Positions 13,784 to 26,228 of a DNA stretch of 35,505 bases are shown in pieces. Every line of letters starts with the position of its first letter. Position 1 is the stretch's first letter. Source of the stretch: Toensbergia leucococca. Taxonomy: Eukaryota. The notes under the pieces were generated by a model. It made no database searches, was not told where the DNA came from, and was given only the letters and a program-made list of their open reading frames with translations. The DNA is taken from NCBI GenBank assembly GCA_022813965.1, contig JALDZS010000223.1, positions 1 to 35,505 of the forward strand, written 5' to 3'. Position numbers and translations under genes: made by a program.

Positions 13784-16700
13784 ATGCTCTCTGCTATACT
13801 GCGGCCTAAGAGAGGCCGTCCACGTGGGGAACGATCGCCCTTTTCTTCTCCTTCAAATGGACTTCACTCCTCTCCAATAGCCGCTCGAAGGAATTCGCTG
13901 GAAGAGCGTCGACGCCCTGCTGCCGACTTCAACAACGAAGGCTCCGTACTTGAAGATGACAGAATCGACGAGGAAGATGAAGCTGACAATGACGAGGCCG
14001 GAGAAAATCAGGACAATGAGACAAATGAGGATGGTCGCGAGGAAACGACACCCTTGCTACCCATCTTCTCAGCAGCTCATCTAGGTCATCCTCAACTTAA
14101 TCTATGCGCAATTTTTATCCGTCGACTAAACAAGTTGCAGATTCTCTACCAGTATACAACCTGACACATACGATACGCCTTCTCGTTGTGCCTCGTTGCG
14201 ACACGACTCTCTCATGGGACCAACTAAGATCGCCACAAGTCTCGCAATTTCTTATCAAGCCAATACAGCAAGAAATTCGTACATCACATTTTTCGAGGGC
14301 TACACTCTATGCTTTGATGGCAAATTGCTTGCAATTTAATAAGGAAATACAGATGAACCCAGGCAACAGTGGTACAAGCAAAACGAGGGCCTTGGTCTGC
14401 GAGCTCCTTGCGATTAAGATGCTCAAGGAGTTTAGCACGAGGGAATTAGTAAGTCTTTGGTATAACAATCTACTTACGCCAACTAATACACGACTCAGAT
14501 CGGTATGCTTGATTCTAGTCTTTGTTGTCTTAGTAGCCTGAATTTGGATGCTGAATATGCCAGATGCGCTTTCATATGATTTCTTCCCCCTTCAAGGTTT
14601 AGTTGCAGCAGAGACTGGGAATACGACTCCAGGACCAAATTGGAATGCAACGCCCCCAGTTAAATCACAAGCCCGAGCAGCTCGGATTTCTGCCCTTGAG
14701 GTAGCTATACGAGCGCAAGCGAAGCGTTTCCTAGCGCATCCACTGGTTGTTCAACAACTTGAGGCTATTTGGGCGGGCACGATTGTATTCCATGCTGCCG
14801 CAGATAACTTGCATCGCCCATCAACCAAGGTTGTGCCCAACCAGAATAGGGGATATGGTTCCTTGGTTAACGGTGTTCCTGCTCTTCGAGCTTCACCTAA
14901 CCATTTGCAACCTGCCAAGCAGCGAGACCATCTTGACTCTGTGACTATCCTGGTTCGAAGATCAGTAACCCTATACGATCCACAAGACGCATCGCTCTTC
15001 AAGCTATCTAGACTGAGGGTTCCGCGATACCGACAATTTCTATCAACTTGCTCACTTGCGGTTCTACTCGGTTTGTTCGTCGCTGTTCTCATTGAAAGGT
15101 CTCTAGATATTACACCGTTGGAAGTGGTCTTCTGGTTCTGGAGTGCTGGATTTATGCTCGATGAAGTTGTTGGCTTCAATGAACAAGGCTTCAGCTTATA
15201 CATCCTAAGTTTCTGGAACTCCTTTGACCTCGGTATCCTTTTACTGCTAGTATGCTATTACTGCCTTCGACTCTATGGAATCTTAATGCCGGACACTCGC
15301 AAACATCATGTTGCTAACATGGCATACGATGTTCTAGCGGCTAATGCAGTATTGCTGTTTCCGCGTTTGTTCTCCGTCCTTGATCATTACCGCTACTTTT
15401 CTCAACTCCTCATCGCATTTCGGATGATGGCCTTGGATCTTGTAGCTGTGTTCATTCTCATACTCATCAGTTGTAGTGGGTTTTTCGTTGCTTTCACTCT
15501 TTCGTTTGGCAATGACGACTTTGACGCTGGTAGCGTGGCGTATGCGTTATTCCAGATGCTAATGGGCTTCACACCGGCAGCGTGGGATAATTGGTCGAAG
15601 TACAATAGGTTGGGCCAGGGTATATTAACGCTCTTCCTCTTCATCTGTCATTTCTTGATTGTGACCATACTAATCACCGTCCTCACCAATTCCTTCATGG
15701 CTATTGTTCAAAATGCGAACGAGGAGCATCAATTTGTCTTCGCTGTCAACACAATATCCATGGTCAAATCCGACGCACTTTTCTCATACATTGCCCCCAC
15801 AAACATTATTGCCTGGCTCTTGACTCCGTTGCGATTCATACTTCCATTCCGCCAATACGTTCGAGTTAATCGCACTGTCATCAAAGTCACCCACTTTCCA
15901 ATCTTGCTCATCATATACTCATACGAACGCCTTGCTCTACAAGGTGCGGCCTTTGATCCGACGGATTTAATTGAACAACGTGGCCGTTCTGGCATGCACG
16001 TAAGAGCCTTCGAGGCCCCAAGTGCGGGTTTGAATCTTTTCAGTCCCAAGCTGAACCGGCTGCGTGAGCCCTCTGTAGCAACATTTCACAAAGACCGCGC
16101 ACTCGAAGAAGTCTTTAGGCGGCCATTTCGAGATAATACTATTCGGCACACGCAGAAGAGCCATGACCGCCGTAAGACTAGTAATGTAGTGAACAATTGG
16201 ATGCAGAACATGGGTTCAAATGGAACAGCAAGTCCGCCAGTGGAGCAAGACCACTCTATTGTAGACAGATTAGAAACGCGTCGGCCGCCACACAAGCGAT
16301 CTCAATTACTGCGAAGCCAACAAGCAAGGCGTGGACGAAACTTTACTGAGACGACTAGAAGCATTGCGTCGGATCCTGAAGAGTTTGGAGCACGTGGCTA
16401 TCCAAGTCGTTTGACAGTTGCTCGCCAAGATAGTGACCTACCGACCATGAGTATGGACGATCTGCCTGAGCAAACGGATGCCGATGGCGACGACGAATTA
16501 GTCACCAACGATGAGGATGAGAATCAGACTTTAGATCGAGAAACCCCCCAGACGCCTGATTATCGACCAATCACTGCGAAGCATGGAACTCAGCGAGAAG
16601 ATTATTTTCAGCTAACACCAACCAATCCTCCTAAGACTGCACTTCTCTCGACTTCGCAGAGGTCTGGACGTGCCAAATATGAAACTCAATTCGACCAGAC

Positions 16701-17463
16701 TGCGGTAGCTCGGAAAGATCTGCCCCGGCGGGTCCATGGAAGGACCTTATCCACTAATACCATTGTTCACGTACCCACTTCTCGAACCCCCGAGACATCA
16801 TCTTCACCAAGCCGCAAAGCCATCACCGCAAGAAATAGCGCAAAGAATACCGCGAGTGGAAGCGGAGCATTAACTCCAGCATCTGCGGGCAAGCGTACCC
16901 CCAAACGCCTACTTCCTGGGGCCATCCGGTCGAAACCAATCATGCCTCCGCGGTCTGCGTTCCAGTCGACACCTGACTTGTCTGGCATGTTGAGACTTGA
17001 AACTCGCCCAATCCGCATGCGACGCCCAGCATCGCTGGTTATGGATCTTGGTTCTGACCTAGGCGACAACAAAGCTGTAAGTGGAGGCTTCGTTGGTGCC
17101 GTGCCGTCTAGCTTCCAAACTCAAATGGCTTTCGCTACCGGTATGAAAGCACGACAAGCTACAACAGGTGGCAACGACGATCAACGGATGATGGGAAGAT
17201 TAATGATGGCAAGGATGACGGGACTTGAAGAAGGGTTTAGAGAGGTGTTGAAGGAGGTCAAGGACTGGAGGAAGGAAGAGTCCAAGAGCACTAGAGATGA
17301 ACGATCGGATTTTCGGGCTATAGATGCCAGGACTGGGAGGGGGAGGACGAAAGGATTAGTCAGGAGAGAAGGAAAGATGAGAGAGAAGCCACAAGATACA
17401 GGTGGAGAATGGGTCGACGAGAAAGAAGCAGCTAATGGCGAGAAAAAGGGAAGCTTGATCTAA
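13784..17463 (+). CDS. YVC1/TRP-like non-selective cation channel family protein (multi-pass membrane domain plus long disordered C-terminus)
   Basis: Motifs LSWDQLRSPQVSQFLIKPI, ALYALMANCLQF-like, SALEVAIRAQAKRFLAHPLV and LSRLRVPRY; about 6-8 hydrophobic segments; LITVLTNSF followed by NANEEHQF. Exons 13784-14084, 14141-14448, 14499-14502 (microexon) and 14564-17463. Confidence 0.85.
14499..14502 (+). other. 4-nt microexon (ATCG) of the cation-channel gene
   Basis: Flanked by intron 14449-14498 (GTAAGT...ACTAAT...CAG) and intron 14503-14563 (GTATGC...CAG). Including it gives ...TREL-I-D-ALSYDF; skipping it shifts the frame to an early TAG. Confidence 0.85.
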
Positions 17464-19847
17464 CGAGGAAGTAGTCTAGTTTCTAATCCTGCTATCTTTG
17501 CTGCATTTCCGTGGCGCTGGTCTTGAATTTTGCGAGCTTTTTACAGGGTGGGAATTGCAGCGTTGCAGCGTTTTGGCGGTACACTCGCATTCTGCTTCGT
17601 ATGATACCCCGTCTGCTCAAACTTTGTATACACGGCATAGCATCACACTTTACGGTGCATCCTTGGGCTTGGAGGGCGCTTGCTTTATGCTTGCATATTT
17701 ACAGCGGACTTGGAATTTGAGAACTTGAACTGTCGAATTTTCTAACCTCTGATGTTGGCGACTAATGATAGAGTAATTTTGATGGTGATTCGAGTCTACA
17801 GGATGATATTCGACCAATTGCTTTTGAGATGTCCACGATATGTAAGAGAGAGTCTAGGACTCGGAAGCAGAGATTAGCAAGGGAAAGCATTTTGTAACGA
17901 CTTGGCGTAAGAGAGCATGTGAAGAGAATGTTTTGCTACCATTTCATTTATCTCCACTCGGCAATTCAGCAATTCAGCTCCCATTCTACCTGGAAGTCTT
18001 CCCAGTCTCGCACAGCTACACTCATTCTCAACTTGTTCTCAGCTTCTTGCTTTTTGCTTTTTTTCTCCTCCAATCGTGAAGATGGCCCACTAACGATAAA
18101 GGCATAGCAAAGGACGCTGATACACTCCGACGAGAACCGAATGGGAGTCCACACTCCAAGCAAAATCTCTCACTGCCTTTGCCTGCGGCTGTCCACCTAG
18201 AAAGCCATGGATAGATACCTTCAAGATTACTTCCATTGGTCTCTGGACTGGTCTGACGTCCCTGGCATATCTCCTCCTGTGGCTCTCGAACACCCATCTA
18301 GACCCAAGCCTTGAGATTGCTGAATGATGCTACGCGTACCTGGACTGCGGTCAGGATTCTCTATTGCTAGCTGATGGCCAAGGCTGCGGTATCGCGAATC
18401 AATATCTTGCCTTTTAACGCTGTGAAGGCTTCGACAACGCAAGGAATGATCTACCTTGAAAAGCTAGAGAAAGCTGTACTTGATCTGGATGCGAGGCTGA
18501 GTGACAACGAGTGTTATGTCGGACGAGTAGGCACGCTTGCGCTCCTCCGCATTTCCCGTCACTGGGTGCCAGAGGCGACCACGGCCACGAGCGCAGCCAT
18601 GGAGCCGCTCATCAAGCACATTCTTAGCTAGAAGCCATGGTCATTTTAGTGTACCTTTATCAAAGGAGACGATGCATGCGACCTGCTTTGGGGAGAAGGA
18701 AGACGTGCGTGGGGTTGGATGAGTATTATGGATGGGATCAATAGAAGATATCTAATTATGTGGACGTGTGAGCGAATATGAATAAGTAGGATGGAAAGAA
18801 AGGGCTGATGCTTGCGGTGTGGGACCAGACTTTTGGAAAGGTGGTCGACCTGTCAATATTTCACTGTGTAGGATATCAATAGCAACGAAGGGTGCTCAAG
18901 GATAGACTTTTCTTGGCCTGTGTTTTGAAAGCACTTTAATGAGCGGTGTACTTCGACTCTTAGTGAGGCAAGGTTTCATAGACTTCCATAGCCTTGTGCT
19001 TCATAGAGTAACGGCCTGCTGCCATTTCAAAAAGTCAATCTAGGGACTCGACGTACAAGTCCTTCCTACACTATTTGTCCAGGAGGAAGGCAATCTCGCT
19101 ATGCATTTCCAGACTCGGTCAAGCGTACGATTATATATCTCGGATTTTGGTTATGTAAATTGCGGATGGCGGAGGACTTGGTGGTTCCTGCAGGCTGCAG
19201 GGGATGTTGGTGGCTTGAAAGAAAATGAGGGATCTTATCGATTAAATATGGTGGAGTAGGGCTGAGGAAGATCTAAAGATCCGAGGCTCAAGTCGCGGGG
19301 CGATGGGAGCTTATTAAAGTTAGAACATTAGCACGTCATGCAGGTATCGACTCCCTTCCAATTCAATTGTTGCCTTATTACAACTTCAATGGCAATGATT
19401 CCCATATCATTGTAGACTGCCGATATCAGATTGCTGTCATGCAGTCTATTGATATCCATACCTGTAGAGTACCTATTTCTACGGCAGAAGCTGCCTTTCG
19501 ACGTTGTACCGTCTTATTTTATCGTTTGCTAGCGCTGATGTAGGGCCAAGCGGCATGTTTCACCTTCATCTCCTCCGCCGCAACAAGCAATCCTTCGCCT
19601 TTCCTTTCATTTTGCACTGGCCGTCTCCATACACGGTATTCTTTCTCTGTCGTACTGTTTTCCTTTCTCTACCACCCGTTTTCATTCTTTCAAGCGGCTC
19701 AGTCCCTTTGTCATTCCTTCTTCAATTGTTACTCTTCTTCGACAAGCACCTTGTCAAGTACACATTCCTTTATCCCCCACAATCATTCACCTGGGTGAAT
19801 TTCCCATTCCCATACACACACTGTCTTTTCCATAACTTCAATTCGCA

Positions 19848-21128
19848 ATGTTTCACATCATTTTTGCTTTTCTCTTCGCCATCTTCGCAATGCCAAGCGC
19901 TTGTCTCCCCGTGCCACGGCCAACTACCACAGCTACAACGGCAACGTCCACACCTCTTGTCTTTGCCCACTACATGCTCATAACCCGCCCCCCAAGCGGC
20001 AACTATACCAATGACATTGTCCTCGCCCAAGCGGCTGGCATTGATGCCTTCGCCATCAATTATGGTGGCTTCGACGCCGTCTGGTCCCTTCAAGAACAAT
20101 ACCTATCCGAATTCTACTCCGCCGCCGAAGCCCTCTCCTTCAAAGTCTTCCTCTCAATCGACACCACCAGCGTCACCGACCCGAGCATGGTCGTCCAGCT
20201 CGTTAACCAATACGCTGGCAGCCCGGCTCAACTCACTATAGATTCGGCAGCCATGCTCAGCAGCTTCTCCACCACGCCTCCCAACTGGAACTGGCAGAAC
20301 GACATCCTCGACCAAATCACCACCGCCGTCCACCTCGTCCCAGGCAACATCGGCACCGATGCCTCATCCCTCTTCTCCCAAGCCCCCAGCTCCGGCATCT
20401 TCCCCTGGGTCCACCCCTACCTTACCGCCACCGAAGAAGCCACCCTGGACGTCCTCTTCGCCGCCGAACGCACCGCCACGGGGAAAAAATGGATGGCGCC
20501 CATAGCCCCCTGGTTCTTCAAGCGCTTCGACGTGGGCGACAACTGGTCGCAAGCCCAAGACGCCGCCATCTTCGTCTCGCGCTGGCAGCACCTGCTGCAG
20601 CTCCAGCCCGACTACATCGAACTCGTCACCTGGAACGACTGGGGCGAAAGCAGCTACCTCGGCCCTGCCGACACCGCCGAGTCCGTCCCCACCGCCTACT
20701 GGGACACGCTGGACCACAGTGCGTTTTTGAAAATGGCCGCCGTCTTCATCAAAGCCTACAAAGCCGGCGAGACCTCCGTTTCCATCTCCGCAGAGGACGA
20801 AGACGTCTTCTTCTTCTACCGCCTCCAACCCGCCACCACCCTCGGGTCGCAAGACACCCTTCCCTTACCCCTCGACGCCTCCTCCCTCAGCGACAACGTC
20901 TACATCGTCTCCTTCCTCGCCTCCCCGGCTTCCATTGCCCTCACCTCCGGTGGCGTCACCACCACAATTCCCGCCCAAGAAGGCGTGCAGTTGACTGGCG
21001 TGCCGTGGACGTTGGGCGCGCAGTCTCTGACGGCGACGAGGAATGGAGAGACTTTTGTGAGCAAGGCGGGCGGGCCGAGCATTTCGGGGGACGTGAGTCT
21101 GTATAATGGGAATGTGGTGGCGTTGTGA
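19848..21128 (+). CDS. Secreted glycoside hydrolase family 71 (alpha-1,3-glucanase / mutanase)
   Basis: Signal peptide and Thr-rich linker, then GH71 motifs VFAHYM, DIVLAQAAGIDAFAIN, APIAPWFF and ELVTWNDWGESSYLGP. Single 426-aa ORF with no obvious CBM24. Confidence 0.92.
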   Translation: MFHIIFAFLFAIFAMPSACLPVPRPTTTATTATSTPLVFAHYMLITRPPSGNYTNDIVLAQAAGIDAFAINYGGFDAVWSLQEQYLSEFYSAAEALSFKVFLSIDTTSVTDPSMVVQLVNQYAGSPAQLTIDSAAMLSSFSTTPPNWNWQNDILDQITTAVHLVPGNIGTDASSLFSQAPSSGIFPWVHPYLTATEEATLDVLFAAERTATGKKWMAPIAPWFFKRFDVGDNWSQAQDAAIFVSRWQHLLQLQPDYIELVTWNDWGESSYLGPADTAESVPTAYWDTLDHSAFLKMAAVFIKAYKAGETSVSISAEDEDVFFFYRLQPATTLGSQDTLPLPLDASSLSDNVYIVSFLASPASIALTSGGVTTTIPAQEGVQLTGVPWTLGAQSLTATRNGETFVSKAGGPSISGDVSLYNGNVVAL

Positions 21129-21625
21129 TGGGGATTGCAAAGTGCAAAGCGACGGACGGAAGGGGGGTTTTTTGGAGGGGTGCTAAGAGATGCCTGGAGT
21201 GCATCGTGTAATTCTTTATGCCAGCGGAATCGGCTGGGCCGGTTACTGGCTATATGATGATTCATTAGCGTTGCCGGGCAAGCATTGTATATACTTCCGT
21301 TCTTCTGTAATCACCACACATACATAGACGCTAGCTCTCGTATAGGTGAAGGAAGAATATTGAATGAATTTATTCTTCCAGAGTACCGTCCTCCACCGCT
21401 ACTTTTTCCAGCTTCTTTCTCGCCTGCTTCAAATTTTCAACTTTTCTCTCCGTTTTCAACCCAATCGAATCCAGAAACGAGAAAAAAATGCATCAGCCGC
21501 TGGGAACAAAAGAAAAAAAGGGAGAGGGGTATAAAACTACACAACAGGAAATGCCACCGAAAAAATCCCCGGCCCGACACCACACCCCTCAAAGAAAAAG
21601 GGCCAAATAAATCTCTTCAGTCCCA

Positions 21626-24600
21626 CTATTCCTCAACAGGCATCGGACTCTGTAAAGCCAACTCCAATTCCCCCCCTCCCTCATCCTCACTCCCAACTCC
21701 AAGCCTTCCCCCCCTCTCCCCCTCTACAGCCCTCCACCTCCTCTCCTCAACCTCCGCCCTCCTGACCACCTTCTTCAACCCATCACTCGCCCCAATAAGC
21801 CCATCAATACTGATAGCATGGTTAGTCATCTCCTGGCTGATGTACCCATACACCCCAGCCGGCGTCTCGAAGCCCAAAAGCTGCTGCTCGTTAAGCTTGA
21901 GCAGCGCGAGCGCAACCTGGAAGAGAAAGGTGCTGCCGTCGTTGAAGCAAAGTACAACGTCCCACACGCGGAAGAGCGCTTCGGCCGAAAGGCAATCGGT
22001 GAAGACGGAGAGGAACCATTGGAAGGTGAGGGCCTCGAGCTCGATACCCAGAGCGTCAAGATGGGCCGAGAGGCGTGGAAGGATCTCCGTCACGTATTGG
22101 CGAAGGACTTGCTGGTCAGCGCGCGACGCGAGTAGGGAGTGGTCGTAGTAATGGCGCGGGAGGATGTTCTCGATGATACTTGTGAGAACCCAGAATGCGT
22201 CTTCGGCGCTCGGCATGATGAGGAGAAGCGATCCGGCGATGAGGTTCATACCCTGGCAGTAGCCTACTTCCGGGTTGCGGCGTGAGTAGGCGACTAAGAC
22301 TTCGTGGAGCTTGGCAACGCCGGGGCCTTTGCGGAAGAAGACGTTATCGGTCAAAGTGCGGTGGATGTCCATTTCGATTTGAGCGAGAATGATAGGATCG
22401 TCGGCGGCAGAGCTGACGAGGTCATCGTAGTAGCCTGGAACACGGAGAGCGGAGGCACCGCTACATTCGGCCCAGACTTTGGCTCGGTAAACAACAGGGA
22501 TGCCGGCCAGAACGAGCTGCTTGAACTCCTTCCATTTGGCTTGGCCAACCTTGCCTTTATTGCCAAGACCTGCGGTACCAATCATCTCGCCATCCGTGAG
22601 AGTGACTTCTGGCATGATGACCTGCATGGATCGCGAATCAATGCTGGCTGCTGTCTCACCTTCCTTCTTTCGCTCGGCGCGAACTTTTCGGAGGAACTCG
22701 TTCCATTTGACGGTCTTATCACGTTGGATTGAGTCGTGGAGCTCTGTAAGTTGCGCCAAAAGCATCTTCACCGGCTCGACTTCTGTTTTTGGATGTAGTG
22801 ATTGATTTGTCGTCGGACTCGTTGAAGCTTGAGCAAGTTCTGCATTGTCTGCTGTGATTGATGAAGCTGACGGTTGTGATTTAAGACTGGAAGATGGCAT
22901 AGTTCCTCGCTTGTCACCAAAAGTTGGAGACCGTTTAATAGCGGCTTTACCATTCGGACTGGCTACAGTAATAATAGCACTAGATGAAGGTGTATGAGAA
23001 AGTAGCTCTGCTGGGGACGTCGCCACCTTCAGGTAATCTTGCCATCTTTTAGGGGGCTTTTCGTCTGCCCTACTTTCCATCGAGGTAGGTGTTTCAGGCC
23101 GTACAACGGGTGGCAAAGACTTTGCATGTACCTCAAAATGCCTTTCGTTATGATCATCCACCGTATCCATTGGATCCCTCGCGCTACTGAGCATCTCAAG
23201 ACCGCCGATTGGCTTACTTCTGTTGCCGCTGATACTTGCGAGAGCATCAGCCTCCTTTTTCTTTCGGCGCTGATCATAGATGAATCCAAACCTATCGGTC
23301 AAAAGGTCTTTCGAATGGGCGTTATTGCGAGCCTGATTCAGTGTTGGGGGTTTTGACTCAGGTGGCAGTATTGTGTCCATCTCAACGGGACCGAGATTGC
23401 TGGAGGTACTAAGAGATGCCGGGCTACCGGGTGTTGTAGCATTCGAAGGCTGCGATGAACCCTTGACCGTACCATTTGGACCTAGAGATAGAGGCTGCAC
23501 AGCTTTTTTTGATGGTCGAATCTCGGGAGTCATACTACTGACCCTCATCAAAGCCGCCCTGGCGGAGCTTTCGGTATGTGCTGATATCTTTGAAGTATTC
23601 CTGGAGTCATTTGGTCTTCCATCACCGGTAGTGACTGATCTTCCTCTGATAGTGTTTTGACCTTCAGGATCACGGCTAGCCTGAGGATTGCCGGCAAAAA
23701 GTTTTATAGTCCAGGACGATATGGACGTTGAAGATTTCCGCGAACGGGAAGTAGCCTCATTATCACGGGAGAGAGCGATCTCAGCCTCTCTCGTGGTCGG
23801 TGATGTTACAGTCCGCAGCGGCGGCTGAAAGAGATCCTCATTCAGTCCTTTTCGACGAATATTTCCACCACTAGAAGCTCTAGCCCTCAAAGCGGTCTCT
23901 GCAGTATCTTCATAACCATCAGTAATGCTACTGGCCCGACTTGTCTTACGGCTAGTAATAGTTCCGCTCCAGAGAAAGTCTCTCCAGCCCCTCGATGTGG
24001 CCTTTGCCAGACCATGAGAATCAATGCTTGAATTTGTTGATTTTCCATCGATATCTCTGAATGCTGCCCCAACAGCTTTAATAGTGGCATGAGCAGCGTG
24101 TTTGTCCAAAGTATCGAGATAGTCTTCGTCAAGCTCAGCAGAGATCCCGACATCCCCATTCATAGCTTCTCCCATCATCTCATCAATTCCATTTTTGATA
24201 CTCGGAATTCTAGTCCTCCCATCAGGTTTCCTTCCATCGGAATTCGTGACCGTTGTGGCTGATCTCTCGGCTGTCAGTCCATCCGGGGGATTATCAATAT
24301 GATGCAGTCGAGTCTCGATATCCAAATTCGACACCTCGACCTCCCTAAGCATCTTTTTCAATTCTCTCTCTCGTTCCTCTGCCCGTCGTCTGAATGATGT
24401 CATTTCTGCATCACGTTGGGCCAAATCTTCTGCAAGCTGCCGCACCAGATTTATGGCACCATTTTTAGCAAGCAAGCGCTTGATATGGTCATCGCTAGCA
24501 TGGTGAAGAGCCCCTGGCAGACCCTTAGCGCTATTTGCTGGAGAGTCGTCGAAGAGGGCTGATCGACCTCGGAAAGATGGAGTTGTTGTAATGAGGCTTT

Positions 24601-24889
24601 CAACGATCGAGGGGCTATTTTTGGTAGACCTGCGAGAAGTTTGGGAGATTTGAAGGGAGACCGGACTGGCACCAAAATTGGACTCCACAGTCGGGTCTGG
24701 AGAGGCCTCGGGAGAAAAGGATGGAAATGAGGTAAGTGATTTGTCTGAGTTTGCCGTAGTCGGTGTCACGGAGATGGTGGACGATTGCTTCCTTGGCCTA
24801 GCACGGACAGTACCTGATTTCCTAGATGAAGATGTCGTTGAGGTTTGAGACGAAGATCGTTGGAGATTCCCATCGCTGTTGCTCTGCAT
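21626..24889 (-). CDS. TBC-domain Rab GTPase-activating protein with N-terminal coiled coil and low-complexity region
   Basis: TBC motifs GIPVVYRAKVW, IEMDIHRT (Arg finger), VGYCQGMNLIA (Gln finger), EDAFWVL and LFRVWD; also DRFGFIY. Uninterrupted 1087-aa ORF. Confidence 0.93.
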   Translation of the reverse strand: MQSNSDGNLQRSSSQTSTTSSSRKSGTVRARPRKQSSTISVTPTTANSDKSLTSFPSFSPEASPDPTVESNFGASPVSLQISQTSRRSTKNSPSIVESLITTTPSFRGRSALFDDSPANSAKGLPGALHHASDDHIKRLLAKNGAINLVRQLAEDLAQRDAEMTSFRRRAEERERELKKMLREVEVSNLDIETRLHHIDNPPDGLTAERSATTVTNSDGRKPDGRTRIPSIKNGIDEMMGEAMNGDVGISAELDEDYLDTLDKHAAHATIKAVGAAFRDIDGKSTNSSIDSHGLAKATSRGWRDFLWSGTITSRKTSRASSITDGYEDTAETALRARASSGGNIRRKGLNEDLFQPPLRTVTSPTTREAEIALSRDNEATSRSRKSSTSISSWTIKLFAGNPQASRDPEGQNTIRGRSVTTGDGRPNDSRNTSKISAHTESSARAALMRVSSMTPEIRPSKKAVQPLSLGPNGTVKGSSQPSNATTPGSPASLSTSSNLGPVEMDTILPPESKPPTLNQARNNAHSKDLLTDRFGFIYDQRRKKKEADALASISGNRSKPIGGLEMLSSARDPMDTVDDHNERHFEVHAKSLPPVVRPETPTSMESRADEKPPKRWQDYLKVATSPAELLSHTPSSSAIITVASPNGKAAIKRSPTFGDKRGTMPSSSLKSQPSASSITADNAELAQASTSPTTNQSLHPKTEVEPVKMLLAQLTELHDSIQRDKTVKWNEFLRKVRAERKKEGETAASIDSRSMQVIMPEVTLTDGEMIGTAGLGNKGKVGQAKWKEFKQLVLAGIPVVYRAKVWAECSGASALRVPGYYDDLVSSAADDPIILAQIEMDIHRTLTDNVFFRKGPGVAKLHEVLVAYSRRNPEVGYCQGMNLIAGSLLLIMPSAEDAFWVLTSIIENILPRHYYDHSLLASRADQQVLRQYVTEILPRLSAHLDALGIELEALTFQWFLSVFTDCLSAEALFRVWDVVLCFNDGSTFLFQVALALLKLNEQQLLGFETPAGVYGYISQEMTNHAISIDGLIGASDGLKKVVRRAEVEERRWRAVEGERGGRLGVGSEDEGGGELELALQSPMPVEE

Positions 24890-25353
24890 TGTGGGGAGTT
24901 GTCGATGCGGGAGGTCGAATGCCAGCCCAGGCGTAAGAGTAGGAAGTCACAAGTTTAGTAAAGTCAGGAAGGGGCACGAGGAACTTGACTGAATCTCAGC
25001 ATTTATTTCGTCATAATTACACGTTTCTTTGGCGACAGGGATGCTGCACTTTACCCTTTTTGTATCGCGACGCGAGATTAACAAATTCGATATGAAGACT
25101 TCGATGACTTTCGAGAAACGCAAAGAAGGTGTCTAGAAGAAATATCAAGGAAGGGTGGAATCATTCACAGTTGGATGCACTCATATCCTGCAGTCAGAAA
25201 TAACACAACAAATCAAGAGAGGTGTTATCATCCTTGGCGTACAATCGTGGCACGCGTCTTGCTGGCAAATTCTACTCGTACTTCTTGACAGCACTCACAC
25301 TGCTGGCTACGCCGCTTTGTTGATTGACACAGCCAAACACCCCCCTTACATCC

Positions 25354-25847
25354 ATGTCAAACACACCCTCCTCATTCGTGACGTTGGTCTCGAGCGATGG
25401 CTTTGAATTTATCGTCCGTCGCGAAAGCGCCTACGTCGCCGGCACTATCAAGAAAATGCTAGACCCTACTAGTCTGTCGCTCACTCATTTCAAAAATCCA
25501 ATAGGGACTGTTTCTGAATATCCTCAGGCAACTTCGCCGAAGCCGTAAGCGGTCGATGTGTTTTCAGCAACATCAAGTATGTGTACCCTTCCAGTGTCTA
25601 ACTGCTTCGGATGTGGGGGATGTGAACCTGACAGATATCCAATAGTGGTGTTGTGCTAGAGAAAGTCTGCGAGTATCTGTACTACAATGTAAAGCATCTT
25701 AATTCCAAAGATGTGTCGGATATGGAGATACCGCCGGAATTATGCCTTGAGTTGTTGATGGCCGCGGATTATCTGAATGGTGCATTGTCCTCTACCTCGA
25801 CGTAGTGGATTCACGGCGAAGAGTATACTGATCAAGCTATAGTATAA
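25354..25847 (+). CDS. ELC1: Elongin C (SKP1/BTB family)
   Basis: Spliced protein reads MSNTPSSFVTLVSSDGFEFIVRRESAYVAGTIKKMLDPTSNFAEAVSGRCVFSNINGVVLEKVCEYLYYN...EIPPELCLELLMAADYLNV*. Exons 25354-25471, 25528-25576, 25646-25779 and 25843-25847. Confidence 0.93.
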
Positions 25848-26228
25848 CGAGACAATGCTCGACCAATTGGCCGGACGCAATGCTAGACCGCTGAACTTAA
25901 TACCATGCGAGCCATTACAAAGAGCTCCGACGACGGCTTTCGAGTTTTGCGAAAGATTGCGCTAACGTAAGGAGCAGAGAGATTTCATTGACTCATTTCA
26001 CCGGGGCAGCATTGATTTTGCCATTGAATCTATGTTAGTAAAACACTCAAAAAAGGGCAGATCAAGTCTACGGTAAAGTCCATCTGAGCATATGCGTTCT
26101 ACCCTCTCTCTTCCATGGGTCGAATGTCTATAGACGATGGCAGATTAAATTTCCTCCGGGTTCAGTTCGCCTTCTCCGTATTCATCAGGAAGTTGTCAAC
26201 TTGAATCAAAGCAGGGACATCTCATCAA

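Noticed and set aside
20364..21265. Several long alternative-frame and antisense ORFs over the GH71 gene
   Set aside because: Explained by high GC and C-biased third positions suppressing stop codons.
21285..22148. 287-aa plus-strand ORF
   Set aside because: Antisense shadow of the TBC gene plus low-complexity spacer, with a non-ATG start.
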